Source of the DNA: the human T2T-CHM13v2.0 reference genome, Homo sapiens
DNA: 64,000 nt
NCBI RefSeq assembly: GCF_009914755.1
Contig: NC_060939.1
Strand: one strand, 5' to 3'
The notes beneath the pieces were generated by a model that was given only the letters and a program-made list of their open reading frames with translations, did no database searches and was not told the DNA's origin. The first letter of the stretch is position 1. Every line of letters starts with the position of its first letter. Made by a program: the position numbers and the translations under genes. Below are positions 1 to 14,200 of the stretch, piece after piece.

Positions 1-1790
1 CCATTCCATTCGGTACCATTCCATATTGTTCCATTCGATTCCATTCGAATCCATTCCATTCCAGTCCATTCCATTCGATTCCATTCCATTCATTTCAATT
101 CCATTCCATTCCATTCCATTACATTCCACTTGATTCCTCTCCATTCCCTTCCACTGCATTCCGTTCGATTCCATTCCATTGCATTGCATTCCATTCCATT
201 GGATTGCATTCCATTCGATTCCATTCCATTCGAATCAATTACATAGCAATCCATTACATTCGAGTCTATTCTCTTCCGTTCCATTCGATTTCGTTCCAAT
301 CCATTCGATTCCATTCCATTCGATTCCATTCCATACTATTGCATTCCATTCGATTACATTATATTCGAATAAGTTCCATTCAAGACCATTTCTTTTGAGT
401 CCATTCTATTTGAGTCCATTCCCTTTGATTCCATAACATTTGAGTCCATTCAATTCCATTCCTTTCGTTTCCATTCCATTTGATGCCATTCCATTCAATT
501 CTGTTCTACTCGACTCCAATACATTCAATTCCATTCCATCCGATTCCATTACATTCTTTTCATTTCTTATCCATTTCAAGCCATTCCACTCCATTCCATT
601 CCACTCGTTTCCTTTCCATTCGAGTCCATTCCTCTCCAGTCCATTCCGTTCAATCCATTCCATTCCAGTCCATTCCATTCGAGTCCGTTCCATTCCAGTC
701 CATTCCATTCGAGTCAATTCCATTCCATTCGATGTCTTTCCATAACGATCCATTCCATTCTATTCCTTTCGATTCCATTCCATTCTATTTCATTCCATTC
801 GATTCCCTTCCATTGGACTCCTTTCCATTCGAGTGCATTCCATTCCGTTCCATTTCTTTCCGTTGTGTACGATTCCTACCGTTCGATTTCATTTTGTTCC
901 AGTCCATTCCTTTCGCGTCCATTCCATTCCATTTCACTCCATTCGATTCCATTCCACTCGATTCCACTTCGTTCCATTTCATTGCATTCCATTCTATTCA
1001 ACTCTATTGCCTTCCATTCCATTCCATTCGATTACATTCCATGCGATTCCATTCGAAATCGAATCAATTACATTGCAAACCATTACTATTGAGTCCGTTT
1101 TATTCCAGTCCACTGCATTCTGGTCCATTCCATTTGATTCCATTCCATTCTATTCCATTCCATACAGTTGCATTCCATTGGATTCCATGCTATAACTATA
1201 AATTCAATTCGAGTCCATTGCTTTTGAGTCCATTCTATATGATTCCATTCCATTCAAGTCCATTACATTTGTTTCAATTCCATTCCATTCCATTCCCTTT
1301 CATTCCATTCCATTTGATATCAATCCATTCGATTCCATTCCATTCGAGCACATTCCATTCGAGTCCATTCCATTCGATGCCATTCCATTTGATTCTATTC
1401 CATTAGTCTCCATTCAATTCCATTAATCTCCATTCCGTTCCATTCTACTCCAACTGATTCCATTACATTCTATTCCTTTCCATTCCATTTCATTCCATTC
1501 CATTCCATTCCATTCCATTCCATTCCATTCGTGTCCATTCCACTCCAGTCCATTCCATTCGTGTCCATTCCATTCCAGTCCATTCCATTTGTGTCCACTG
1601 CATTCCATTCCACTCCATTCCATATTATTCCATTACACTCCATTCCATTCTATTACTTTCATTTCCATTCAATTCCATTCCATTTGATTCCATTCCACTC
1701 GGTTTCATTCCATTTGAGTCCACTCCATTCCATTCCATTCCATTCCATTCAGTTCCATTCCATTCCGTTCCATTACATTCCATTCCATTC

Positions 1791-4700
1791 GGTACCATTC
1801 CATATTGTTCCATTCGATTCCATTCGAATCCATTCCATTCCAGTCCATTCCATTCGATTCCATTCCATTCATTTCAATTCCATTCCATTCCATTCCATTC
1901 CATTCCACTTGATTCCTCTCCATTCCCTTCCACTGCATTCCGTTCGATTCCATTCCATTGCATTGCATTCCATTCCATTGGATTGCATTCCATTCGATTC
2001 CATTCCATTCGAATCAATTACATAGCAATCCATTACATTCGAGTCTATTCTATTCTGTTCCATTCGATTTCGTTCCAATCCATTCGAGTCCATTCCATTC
2101 GATTCCATTCCATACTATTGCATTCCATTCGATTACATTATATTCGAATAAGTTCCATTCAAGACCATTTCTTTTGAGTCCATTCTATTTGAGTCCATTC
2201 CCTTTGATTCCATAACATTTGAGTCCATTCAATTCCATTCCTTTCGTTTCCATTCCATTTGATGCCATTCCATTCAATTCTGTTCTACTCGACTCCAATA
2301 CATTCAATTCCATTCCATCCGATTCCATTACATTCTTTTCATTTCTTATCCATTTCAAGCCATTCCACTCCATTCCATTCCACTCGTTTCCTTTCCATTC
2401 GAGTCCATTCCTCTCCAGTCCATTCCATTCAATCCATTCCATTCCAGTCCATTCCATTCGAGTCCGTTCCATTCCAGTCCATTCCATTCGAGTCAATTCC
2501 ATTCCATTCGATGTCTTTCCATAACGATCCGTTCCATTCTATTCCTTTCGATTCCATTCCATTCTATTTCATTCCATTCGATTCCCTTCCATTGGACTCC
2601 TTTCCATTCGAGTGCATTCCATTCCGTTCCATTTCTTTCCGTTCTGTACGATTCCTACCGTTCGATTTCATTTTGTTCCAGTCCATTCTTTCGCGTCCAT
2701 TCCATTCCATTTCACTCCATTCGATTCCATTCCACTCGATTCCACTTCGTTCCATTTCATTGCATTCCATTCTATTCAACTCTATTGCCTTCCATTCCAT
2801 ACCATTCGATTACATTCAATGCGATTCCATTCGAAATCGAATCAATTACATTGCAATCCATTACTATTGAGTCCGTTTTATTCCAGTCCACTGCTTTCTG
2901 GTCCATTCCATTTGATTCCATTCCATTCTATTCCATTCCATACAGTTGCATTCCATTGGATTCCATGCTATATCTATAAATTCAATTCGAGACCATTGCT
3001 TTTGAGTCCATTCTATATGATTCCATTCCATTCAAGTCCATTACATTTGGTTAAATTCCTTTCCATTCGGTTCAATTCCATTCCATTCCATTCCCTTCCA
3101 TTCCATTCCAGTTGATATCAATCCATTCGATTCCATTCCATTCGAGCACATTCCATTCGAGTCCATTCCATTCGATGCCATTCCATTTGATTCTATTCCA
3201 TTAGTCTCCATTCAATTCCATTAATCTCCATTCCATTCCATTCTACTCCAACTGATTCCATTCCATTCTATTCCTTTCCATTCCATTTCATTCCATTCCA
3301 TTCCATTCCATTCCATTCCATTCCATTCGTGTCCATTCCACTCCAGTCCATTCCATTCGTATCCATTCCATTCCAGTCCATTCCATTTGTGTCCACTGCA
3401 TTCCATTCCACTCCATTCCATATTATTCCATTACACTCCATTCCATTCTATTACTTTCATTTCCATTCAATTCCATTCCATTTGATTCCATTCCACTCGG
3501 TTTCATTCCATTTGAGTCCACTCCATTCCATTCCATTCCATTCAGTTCCATTCCATTCTGTTCCATTCCATTCCGTTCCATTACATTCCATTCCATTCGG
3601 TACCATTCCATATTGTTCCATTCGATTCCATTCGAATCCATTCCATTCCAGTCCATTCCATTCGATTCCATTCCATTCATTTCAATTCCATTCCATTCCA
3701 TTCCATTCCATTCCACTTGATTCCTCTCCATTCCCTTCCACTGCATTCCGTTCGATTCCATTCCATTGCATTGCATTCCATTCCATTGGATTGCATTCCA
3801 TTCGATTCCATTCCATTCGAATCAATTACATAGCAATCCATTACATTCGAGTCTATTCTCTTCCGTTCCATTCGATTTCGTTCCAATCCATTCGATTCCA
3901 TTCCATTCGATTCCATTCCATACTATTGCATTCCATTCGATTACATTATATTCGAATAAGTTCCATTCAAGACCATTTCTTTTGAGTCCATTCTATTTGA
4001 GTCCATTCCCTTTGATTCCATAACATTTGAGTCCATTCAATTCCATTCCTTTCGTTTCCATTCCATTTGATGCCATTCCATTCAATTCTGTTTTACTCGA
4101 CTCCAATACATTCAATTCCATTCCATCCGATTCCATTACATTCTTTTCATTTCTTATCCATTTCAAGCCATTCCACTCCATTCCATTCCACTCGTTTCCT
4201 TTCCATTCGAGTCCATTCCTCTCCAGTCCATTCCGTTCAATCCATTCCATTCCAGTCCATTCCATTCGAGTCCGTTCCATTCCAGTCCATTCCATTCGAG
4301 TCAATTCCATTCCATTCGATGTCTTTCCATAACGATCCATTCCATTCTATTCCTTTCGATTCCATTCCATTCTATTTCATTCCATTCGATTCCCTTCCAT
4401 TGGACTCCTTTCCATTCAAGTGCATTCCATTCCGTTCCATTTCTTTCCGTTCTGTACGATTCCTACCGTTCGATTTCATTTTGTTCCAGTCCATTCCTTT
4501 CGCGTCCATTCCATTCCATTTCACTCCATTCGATTCCATTCCACTCGATTCCACTTCGTTCCATTTCATTGCATTCCATTCTATTCAACTCTATTGCCTT
4601 CCATTCCATTCCATTCGATTACATTCCATGCGATTCCATTCGAAATCGAATCAATTACATTGCAATCCATTACTATTGAGTCCGTTTTATTCCAGTCCAC

Positions 4701-7700
4701 TGCATTCTGGTCCATTCCATTTGATTCCATTCCATTCTATTCCATTCCATACAGTTGCATTCCATTGGATTCCATGTTATATCTATAAATTCAATTCGAG
4801 ACCATTGCTTTTGAGTCCATTCTATATGATTCCATTCCATTCAAGTCCATTACATTTGGTTAAATTCCATTCCATTCGGTTCAATTCCATTCCATTCCAT
4901 TCCCTTCCATTCCATTCCAGTTGATATCAATCCATTCGATTCCATTCCATTCGAGCACATTCCATTCGAGTCCATTCCATTCGATGCCATTCCATTTGAT
5001 TCTATTCCATTAGTCTCCATTCAATTCCATTAATCTCCATTCCATTCCATTCTACTCCAACTGATTCCATTCCATTCTATTCCTTTTTATTCCATTTCAT
5101 TCCATTCCATTCCATTCCATTCCATTCCATTCGTGTCCATTCCACTCCAGTCCATTCCATTCGTATCCATTCCATTCCAGTCCATTCCATTTGTGTCCAC
5201 TGCATTCCATTCCACTCCATTCCATATTATTCCATTACACTCCATTCCATTCTATTACTTTCATTTCCATTCAATTCCATTCCATTTGATTCCATTCCAC
5301 TCGGTTTCATTCCATTTGAGTCCACTCCATTCCATTCCATTCCATTCAGTTCCATTCCATTCTGTTCCATTCCATTCCGTTCCATTACATTCCATTCCAT
5401 TCGGTACCATTCCATATTGTTCCATTCGATTCCATTCGAATCCATTCCATTCCAGTCCATTCCATTCGATTCCATTCCATTCATTTCAATTCCATTCCAT
5501 TCCATTCCATTACATTCCACTTGATTCCTCTCCATTCCCTTCCACTGCATTCCGTTCGATTCCATTCCATTGCATTGCATTCCATTCCATTGGATTGCAT
5601 TCCATTCGATTCCATTCCATTCGAATCAATTACATAGCAATCCATTACATTCGAGTCTATTCTCTTCCGTTCCATTCGATTTCGTTCCAATCCATTCGAT
5701 TCCATTCCATTCGATTCCATTCCATACTATTGCATTCCATTCGATTACATTATATTCGAATAAGTTCCATTCAAGACCATTTCTTTTGAGTCCATTCTAT
5801 TTGAGTCCATTCCCTTTGATTCCATAACATTTGAGTCCATTCAATTCCATTCCTTTCGTTTCCATTCCATTTGATGCCATTCCATTCAATTCTGTTCTAC
5901 TCGACTCCAATACATTCAATTCCATTCCATCCGATTCCATTACATTCTTTTCATTTCTTATCCATTTCAAGCCATTCCACTCCATTCCATTCCACTCGTT
6001 TCCTTTCCATTCGAGTCCATTCCTCTCCAGTCCATTCCGTTCAATCCATTCCATTCCAGTCCATTCCATTCGAGTCCGTTCCATTCCAGTCCATTCCATT
6101 CGAGTCAATTCCATTCCATTCGATGTCTTTCCATAACGATCCATTCCATTCTATTCCTTTCGATTCCATTCCATTCTATTTCATTCCATTCGATTCCCTT
6201 CCATTGGACTCCTTTCCATTCAAGTGCATTCCATTCCGTTCCATTTCTTTCCGTTCTGTACGATTCCTACCGTTCGATTTCATTTTGTTCCAGTCCATTC
6301 CTTTCGCGTCCATTCCATTCCATTTCACTCCATTCGATTCCATTCCACTCGATTCCACTTCGTTCCATTTCATTGCATTCCATTCTATTCAACTCTATTG
6401 CCTTCCATTCCATTCCATTCGATTACATTCCATGCGATTCCATTCGAAATCGAATCAATTACATTGCAATCCATTACTATTGAGTCCGTTTTATTCCAGT
6501 CCACTGCATTCTGGTCCATTCCATTTGATTCCATTCCATTCTATTCCATTCCATACAGTTGCATTCCATTGGATTCCATGTTATATCTATAAATTCAATT
6601 CGAGACCATTGCTTTTGAGTCCATTCTATATGATTCCATTCCATTCAAGTCCATTACATTTGGTTAAATTCCATTCCATTCGGTTCAATTCCATTCCATT
6701 CCATTCCCTTCCATTCCATTCCAGTTGATATCAATCCATTCGATTCCATTCCATTCGAGCACATTCCATTCGAGTCCATTCCATTCGATGCCATTCCATT
6801 TGATTCTATTCCATTAGTCTCCATTCAATTCCATTAATCTCCATTCCATTCCATTCTACTCCAACTGATTCCATTCCATTCTATTCCTTTTTATTCCATT
6901 TCATTCCATTCCATTCCATTCCATTCCATTCCATTCGTGTCCATTCCACTCCAGTCCATTCCATTCGTATCCATTCCATTCCAGTCCATTCCATTTGTGT
7001 CCACTGCATTCCATTCCACTCCATTCCATATTATTCCATTACACTCCATTCCATTCTATTACTTTCATTTCCATTCAATTCCATTCCATTTGATTCCATT
7101 CCACTCGGTTTCATTCCATTTGAGTCCACTCCATTCCATTCCATTCCATTCAGTTCCATTCCATTCTGTTCCATTCCATTCCGTTCCATTACATTCCATT
7201 CCATTCGGTACCATTCCATATTGTTCCATTCGATTCCATTCGAATCCATTCCATTCCAGTCCATTCCATTCGATTCCATTCCATTCATTTCAATTCCATT
7301 CCATTCCATTCCATTACATTCCACTTGATTCCTCTCCATTCCCTTCCACTGCATTCCGTTCGATTCCATTCCATTGCATTGCATTCCATTCCATTGGATT
7401 GCATTCCATTCGATTCCATTCCATTCGAATCAATTACATAGCAATCCATTACATTCGAGTCTATTCTCTTCCGTTCCATTCGATTTCGTTCCAATCCATT
7501 CGATTCCATTCCATTCGATTCCATTCCATACTATTGCATTCCATTCGATTACATTATATTCGAATAAGTTCCATTCAAGACCATTTCTTTTGAGTCCATT
7601 CTATTTGAGTCCATTCCCTTTGATTCCATAACATTTGAGTCCATTCAATTCCATTCCTTTCGTTTCCATTCCATTTGATGCCATTCCATTCAATTCTGTT

Positions 7701-10700
7701 CTACTCGACTCCAATACATTCAATTCCATTCCATCCGATTCCATTACATTCTTTTCATTTCTTATCCATTTCAAGCCATTCCACTCCATTCCATTCCACT
7801 CGTTTCCGTTCCATTCGAGTCCATTCCTCTCCAGTCCATTCCGTTCAATCCATTCCATTCCAGTCCATTCCATTCGAGTCCGTTCCATTCCAGTCCATTC
7901 CATTCGAGTCAATTCCATTCCATTCGATGTCTTTCCATAACGATCCATTCCATTCTATTCCTTTCGATTCCATTCCATTCTATTTCATTCCATTCGATTC
8001 CCTTCCATTGGACTCCTTTCCATTCGAGTGCATTCCATTCCGTTCCATTTCTTTCCGTTCTGTACGATTCCTACCGTTCGATTTCATTTTGTTCCAGTCC
8101 ATTCCTTTCGCGTCCATTCCATTCCATTTCACTCCATTCGATTCCATTCCACTCGATTCCACTTCGTTCCATTTCATTGCATTCCATTCTATTCAACTCT
8201 ATTGCCTTCCATTCCATTCCATTCGATTACATTCCATGCGATTCCATTCGAAATCGAATCAATTACATTGCAAACCATTACTATTGAGTCCGTTTTATTC
8301 CAGTCCACTGCATTCTGGTCCATTCCATTTGATTCCATTCCATTCTTTTCCATTCAATACAGTTGCATTCCATTGGATTCCATGCTATATCTATAAATTC
8401 AATTCGAGACCATTGCTTTTGAGTCCATTCTATATGATTCCATTCCATTCAAGTCCATTACATTTGGTTCAATTCCATTCCATTCCATTCCCTTTCATTC
8501 CATTCCATTTGATATCAATCCATTCGATTCCATTCCATTCGAGCACATTCCATTCGAGTCCATTCCATTCGATGCCATTCCATTTGATTCTATTCCATTA
8601 GTCTCCATTCAATTCCATTAATCTCCATTCCATTCCATTCTACTCCAACTGATTCCATTACATTCTATTCCTTTCCATTCCATTTCATTCCATTCCATTC
8701 CATTCCATTCCATTCCATTCCATTCGTGTCCATTCCACTCCAGTCCATTCCATTCGTGTCCATTCCATTCCAGTCCATTCCATTTGTGTCCACTGCATTC
8801 CATTCCACTCCATTCCATATTATTCCATTACACTCCATTCCATTCTATTACTTTCATTTCCATTCAATTCCATTCCATTTGATTCCATTCCACTCGGTTT
8901 CATTCCATTTGAGTCCACTCCATTCCATTCCATTCCATTCCATTCAGTTCCATTCCATTCCGTTCCATTACATTCCATTCCATTCGGTACCATTCCATAT
9001 TGTTCCATTCGATTCCATTCGAATCCATTCCATTCCAGTCCATTCCATTCGATTCCATTCCATTCATTTCAATTCCATTCCATTCCATTCCATTACATTC
9101 CACTTGATTCCTCTCCATTCCCTTCCACTGCATTCCGTTCGATTCCATTCCATTGCATTGCATTCCATTCCATTGGATTGCATTCCATTCGATTCCATTC
9201 CATTCGAATCAATTACATAGCAATCCATTACATTCGAGTCTATTCTATTCCGTTCCATTCGATTTCGTTCCAATCCATTCGATTCCATTCCATTCGATTC
9301 CATTCCATACTATTGCATTCCATTCGATTACATTATATTCGAATAAGTTCCATTCAAGACCATTTCTTTTGAGTCCATTCTATTTGAGTCCATTCCCTTT
9401 GATTCCATAACATTTGAGTCCATTCAATTCCATTCCTTTCGTTTCCATTCCATTTGATGCCATTCCATTCAATTCTGTTCTACTCGACTCCAATACATTC
9501 AATTCCATTCCATCCGATTCCATTACATTCTTTTCATTTCTTATCCATTTCAAGCCATTCCACTCCATTCCATTCCACTCGTTTCCTTTCCATTCGAGTC
9601 CATTCCTCTCCAGTCCATTCCATTCAATCCATTCCATTCCAGTCCATTCCATTCGAGTCCGTTCCATTCCAGTCCATTCCATTCGAGTCAATTCCATTCC
9701 ATTCGATGTCTTTCCATAACGATCCATTCCATTCTATTCCTTTCGATTCCATTCCATTCTATTTCATTCCATTCGATTCCCTTCCATTGGACTCCTTTCC
9801 ATTCGAGTGCATTCCATTCCGTTCCATTTCTTTCCGTTCTGTACGATTCCTACAGTTCGATTTCATTTTCTCCCAGTCCATTCTTTCGCGTCCATTCCAT
9901 TCCATTTCACTCCATTCGATTCCATTCCACTCGATTCCACTTCGTTCCATTTCATTGCATTCCATTCTATTCAACTCTATTGCCTTCCATTCCATTCCAT
10001 TCGATTACATTCCATGCGATTCCATTCGAAATCGAATCAATTACATTGCAATCCATTACTATTGAGTCCGTTTTATTCCAGTCCACTGCATTCTGGTCCA
10101 TTCCATTTGATTCCATTCCATTCTATTCCATTCCATACAGTTGCATTCCATTGGATTCCATGCTATATCTATAAATTCAATTCGAGACCATTGCTTTTGA
10201 GTCCATTCTATATGATTCCATTCCATTCAAGTCCATTACATTTGGTTAAATTCCATTCCATTCGGTTCAATTCCATTCCATTCCATTCCCTTCCATTCCA
10301 TTCCAGTTGATATCAATCCATTCGATTCCATTCCATTCGAGCACATTCCATTCGAGTCCATTCCATTCGATGCCATTCCATTTGATTCTATTCCATTAGT
10401 CTCCATTCAATTCCATTAATCTCCATTCCATTCCATTCTACTCCAACTGATTCCATTCCATTCTATTCCTTTCCATTCCATTTCATTCCATTCCATTCCA
10501 TTCCATTCCATTCCATTCCATTCCATTCGTGTCCATTCCACTCCAGTCCATTCCATTCGTATCCATTCCATTCCAGTCCATTCCATTTGTGTCCACTGCA
10601 TTCCATTCCACTCCATTCCATATTATTCCATTACACTCCATTCCATTCTATTACTTTCATTTCCATTCAATTCCATTCCATTTGATTCCATTCCACTCGG

Positions 10701-11200
10701 TTTCATTCCATTTGAGTCCACTCCATTCCATTCCATTCCATTCAGTTCCATTCCATTCTGTTCCATTCCATTCCGTTCCATTACATTCCATTCCATTCGG
10801 TACCATTCCATATTGTTCCATTCGATTCCATTCGAATCCATTCCATTCCAGTCCATTCCATTCGATTCCATTCCATTCATTTCAATTCCATTCCATTCCA
10901 TTCCATTACATTCCACTTGATTCCTCTCCATTCCCTTCCACTGCATTCCGTTCGATTCCATTCCATTGCATTGCATTCCATTCCATTGGATTGCATTCCA
11001 TTCGATTCCATTCCATTCGAATCAATTACATAGCAATCCATTACATTCGAGTCTATTCTCTTCCGTTCCATTCGATTTCGTTCCAATCCATTCGATTCCA
11101 TTCCATTCGATTCCATTCCATACTATTGCATTCCATTCGATTACATTATATTCGAATAAGTTCCATTCAAGACCATTTCTTTTGAGTCCATTCTATTTGA
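1791..11200 (+). repeat. Multi-unit block, copy 1 of a ~52.2-kb-offset recurrence
   Basis: Rare variants at ~2800, 2891, 3051, 4091, 4418, 4773, 7801, 8341 and 9851 reappear in the same order at 55.0-62.1 kb. Boundaries are approximate. Confidence 0.8.
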
Positions 11201-14200
11201 GTCCATTCCCTTTGATTCCATAACATTTGAGTCCATTCAATTCCATTCCTTTCGTTTCCATTCCATTTGATGCCATTCCATTCAATTCTGTTCTACTCGA
11301 CTCCAATACATTCAATTCCATTCCATCCGATTCCATTACATTCTTTTCATTTCTTATCCATTTCAAGCCATTCCACTCCATTCCATTCCACTCGTTTCCT
11401 TTCCATTCGAGTCCATTCCTCTCCAGTCCACTCCGTTCAATCCATTCCATTCCAGTCCATTCCATTCGAGTCCGTTCCATTCCAGTCCATTCCATTCGAG
11501 TCAATTCCATTCCATTCGATGTCTTTCCATAACGATCCATTCCATTCTATTCCTTTCGATTCCATTCCATTCTATTTCATTCCATTCGATTCCCTTCCAT
11601 TGGACTCCTTTCCATTCGAGTGCATTCCATTCCGTTCCATTTCTTTCCGTTCTGTACGATTCCTACCGTTCGATTTCATTTTGTTCCAGTCCATTCTTTC
11701 GCGTCCATTCCATTCCATTTCACTCCATTCGATTCCATTCCACTCGATTCCACTTCGTTCCATTTCATTGCATTCCATTCTATTCAACTCTATTGCCTTC
11801 CATTCCATTCCATTCGATTACATTCCATGCGATTCCATTCGAAATCGAATCAATTACATTGCAATCCATTACTATTGAGTCCGTTTTATTCCAGTCCACT
11901 GCATTCTGGTCCATTCCATTTGATTCCATTCCATTCTATTCCATTCCATACAGTTGCATTCCATTGGATTCCATGCTATATCTATAAATTCAATTCGAGA
12001 CCATTGCTTTTGAGTCCATTCTATATGATTCCATTCCATTCAAGTCCATTACATTTGGTTAAATTCCATTCCATTCGGTTCAATTCCATTCCATTCCATT
12101 CCCTTCCATTCCATTCCAGTTGATATCAATCCATTCGATTCCATTCCATTCGAGCACATTCCATTCGAGTCCATTCCATTCGATGCCATTCCATTTGATT
12201 CTATTCCATTAGTCTCCATTCAATTCCATTAATCTCCATTCCATTCCATTCTACTCCAACTGATTCCATTCCATTCTATTCCTTTCCATTCCATTTCATT
12301 CCATTCCATTCCATTCCATTCCATTCCATTCGTGTCCATTCCACTCCAGTCCATTCCATTCGTTTCCATTCCATTCCAGTCCATTCCATTTGTGTCCACT
12401 GCATTCCATTCCACTCCATTCCATATTATTCCATTACACTCCATTCCATTCTATTACTTTCATTTCCATTCAATTCCATTCCATTTGATTCCATTCCACT
12501 CGGTTTCATTCCATTTGAGTCCACTCCATTCCATTCCATTCCATTCCATTCAGTTCCATTCCATTCTGTTCCATTCCATTCCGTTCCATTACATTCCATT
12601 CCATTCGGTACCATTCCATATTGTTCCATTCGATTCCATTCGAATCCATTCCATTCCAGTCCATTCCATTCGATTCCATTCCATTCATTTCAATTCCATT
12701 CCATTCCATTCCATTCCATTCCACTTGATTCCTCTCCATTCCCTTCCACTGCATTCCGTTCGATTCCATTCCATTGCATTGCATTCCATTCCATTGGATT
12801 GCATTCCATTCGATTCCATTCCATTCGAATCAATTACATAGCAATCCATTACATTCGAGTCTATTCTCTTCCGTTCCATTCGATTTCGTTCCAATCCATT
12901 CGATTCCATTCCATTCGATTCCATTCCATACTATTGCATTCCATTCGATTACATTATATTCGAATAAGTTCCATTCAAGACCATTTCTTTTGAGTCCATT
13001 CTATTTGAGTCCATTCCCTTTGATTCCATAACATTTGAGTCCATTCAATTCCATTCCTTTCGTTTCCATTCCATTTGATGCCATTCCATTCAATTCTGTT
13101 CTACTCGACTCCAATACATTCAATTCCATTCCATCCGATTCCATTACATTCTTTTCATTTCTTATCCATTTCAAGCCATTCCACTCCATTCCATTCCACT
13201 CGTTTCCTTTCCATTCGAGTCCATTCCTCTCCAGTCCATTCCGTTCAATCCATTCCATTCCAGTCCATTCTATTCGAGTCCGTTCCATTCCAGTCCATTC
13301 CATTCGAGTCAATTCCATTCCATTCGATGTCTTTCCATAACGATCCATTCCATTCTATTCCTTTCGATTCCATTCCATTCTATTTCATTCCATTCGATTC
13401 CCTTCCATTGGACTCCTTTCCATTCGAGTGCATTCCATTCCGTTCCATTTCTTTCCGTTCTGTACGATTCCTACCGTTCGATTTCATTTTGTTCCAGTCC
13501 ATTCTTTCGCGTCCATTCCATTCCATTTCACTCCATTCGATTCCATTCCACTCGATTCCACTTCGTTCCATTTCATTGCATTCCATTCTATTCAACTCTA
13601 TTGCCTTCCATTCCATTCCATTCGATTACATTCCATGCGATTCCATTCGAAATCGAATCAATTACATTGCAATCCATTACTATTGAGTCCGTTTTATTCC
13701 AGTCCACTGCATTCTGGTCCATTCCATTTGATTCCATTCCATTCTATTCCATTCCATACAGTTGCATTCCATTGGATTCCATGCTATATCTATAAATTCA
13801 ATTCGAGACCATTGCTTTTGAGTCCATTCTATATGATTCCATTCCATTCAAGTCCATTACATTTGGTTAAATTCCATTCCATTCGGTTCAATTCCATTCC
13901 ATTCCATTCCCTTCCATTCCATTCCAGTTGATATCAATCCATTCGATTCCATTCCATTCGAGCACATTCCATTCGAGTCCATTCCATTCGATGCCATTCC
14001 ATTTGATTCTATTCCATTAGTCTCCATTCAATTCCATTAATCTCCATTCCATTCCATTCTACTCCAACTGATTCCATTCCATTCTATTCCTTTCCATTCC
14101 ATTTCATTCCATTCCATTCCATTCCATTCCATTCCATTCCATTCGTGTCCATTCCACTCCAGTCCATTCCATTCGTATCCATTCCATTCCAGTCCATTCC

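Noticed and set aside
231-241. Possible DUX4 site or heat-shock element in CGAATCAATTA / TTCGAA motifs
   Set aside because: It does not fit the DUX4 consensus TAAYYYAATCA, and no properly spaced triple inverted nGAAn array was seen.
2968-2982. TATA-like CTATAAA once per unit
   Set aside because: It is a short AT-rich variant of degenerate pentamers with no other promoter context, so it cannot be supported as a promoter.
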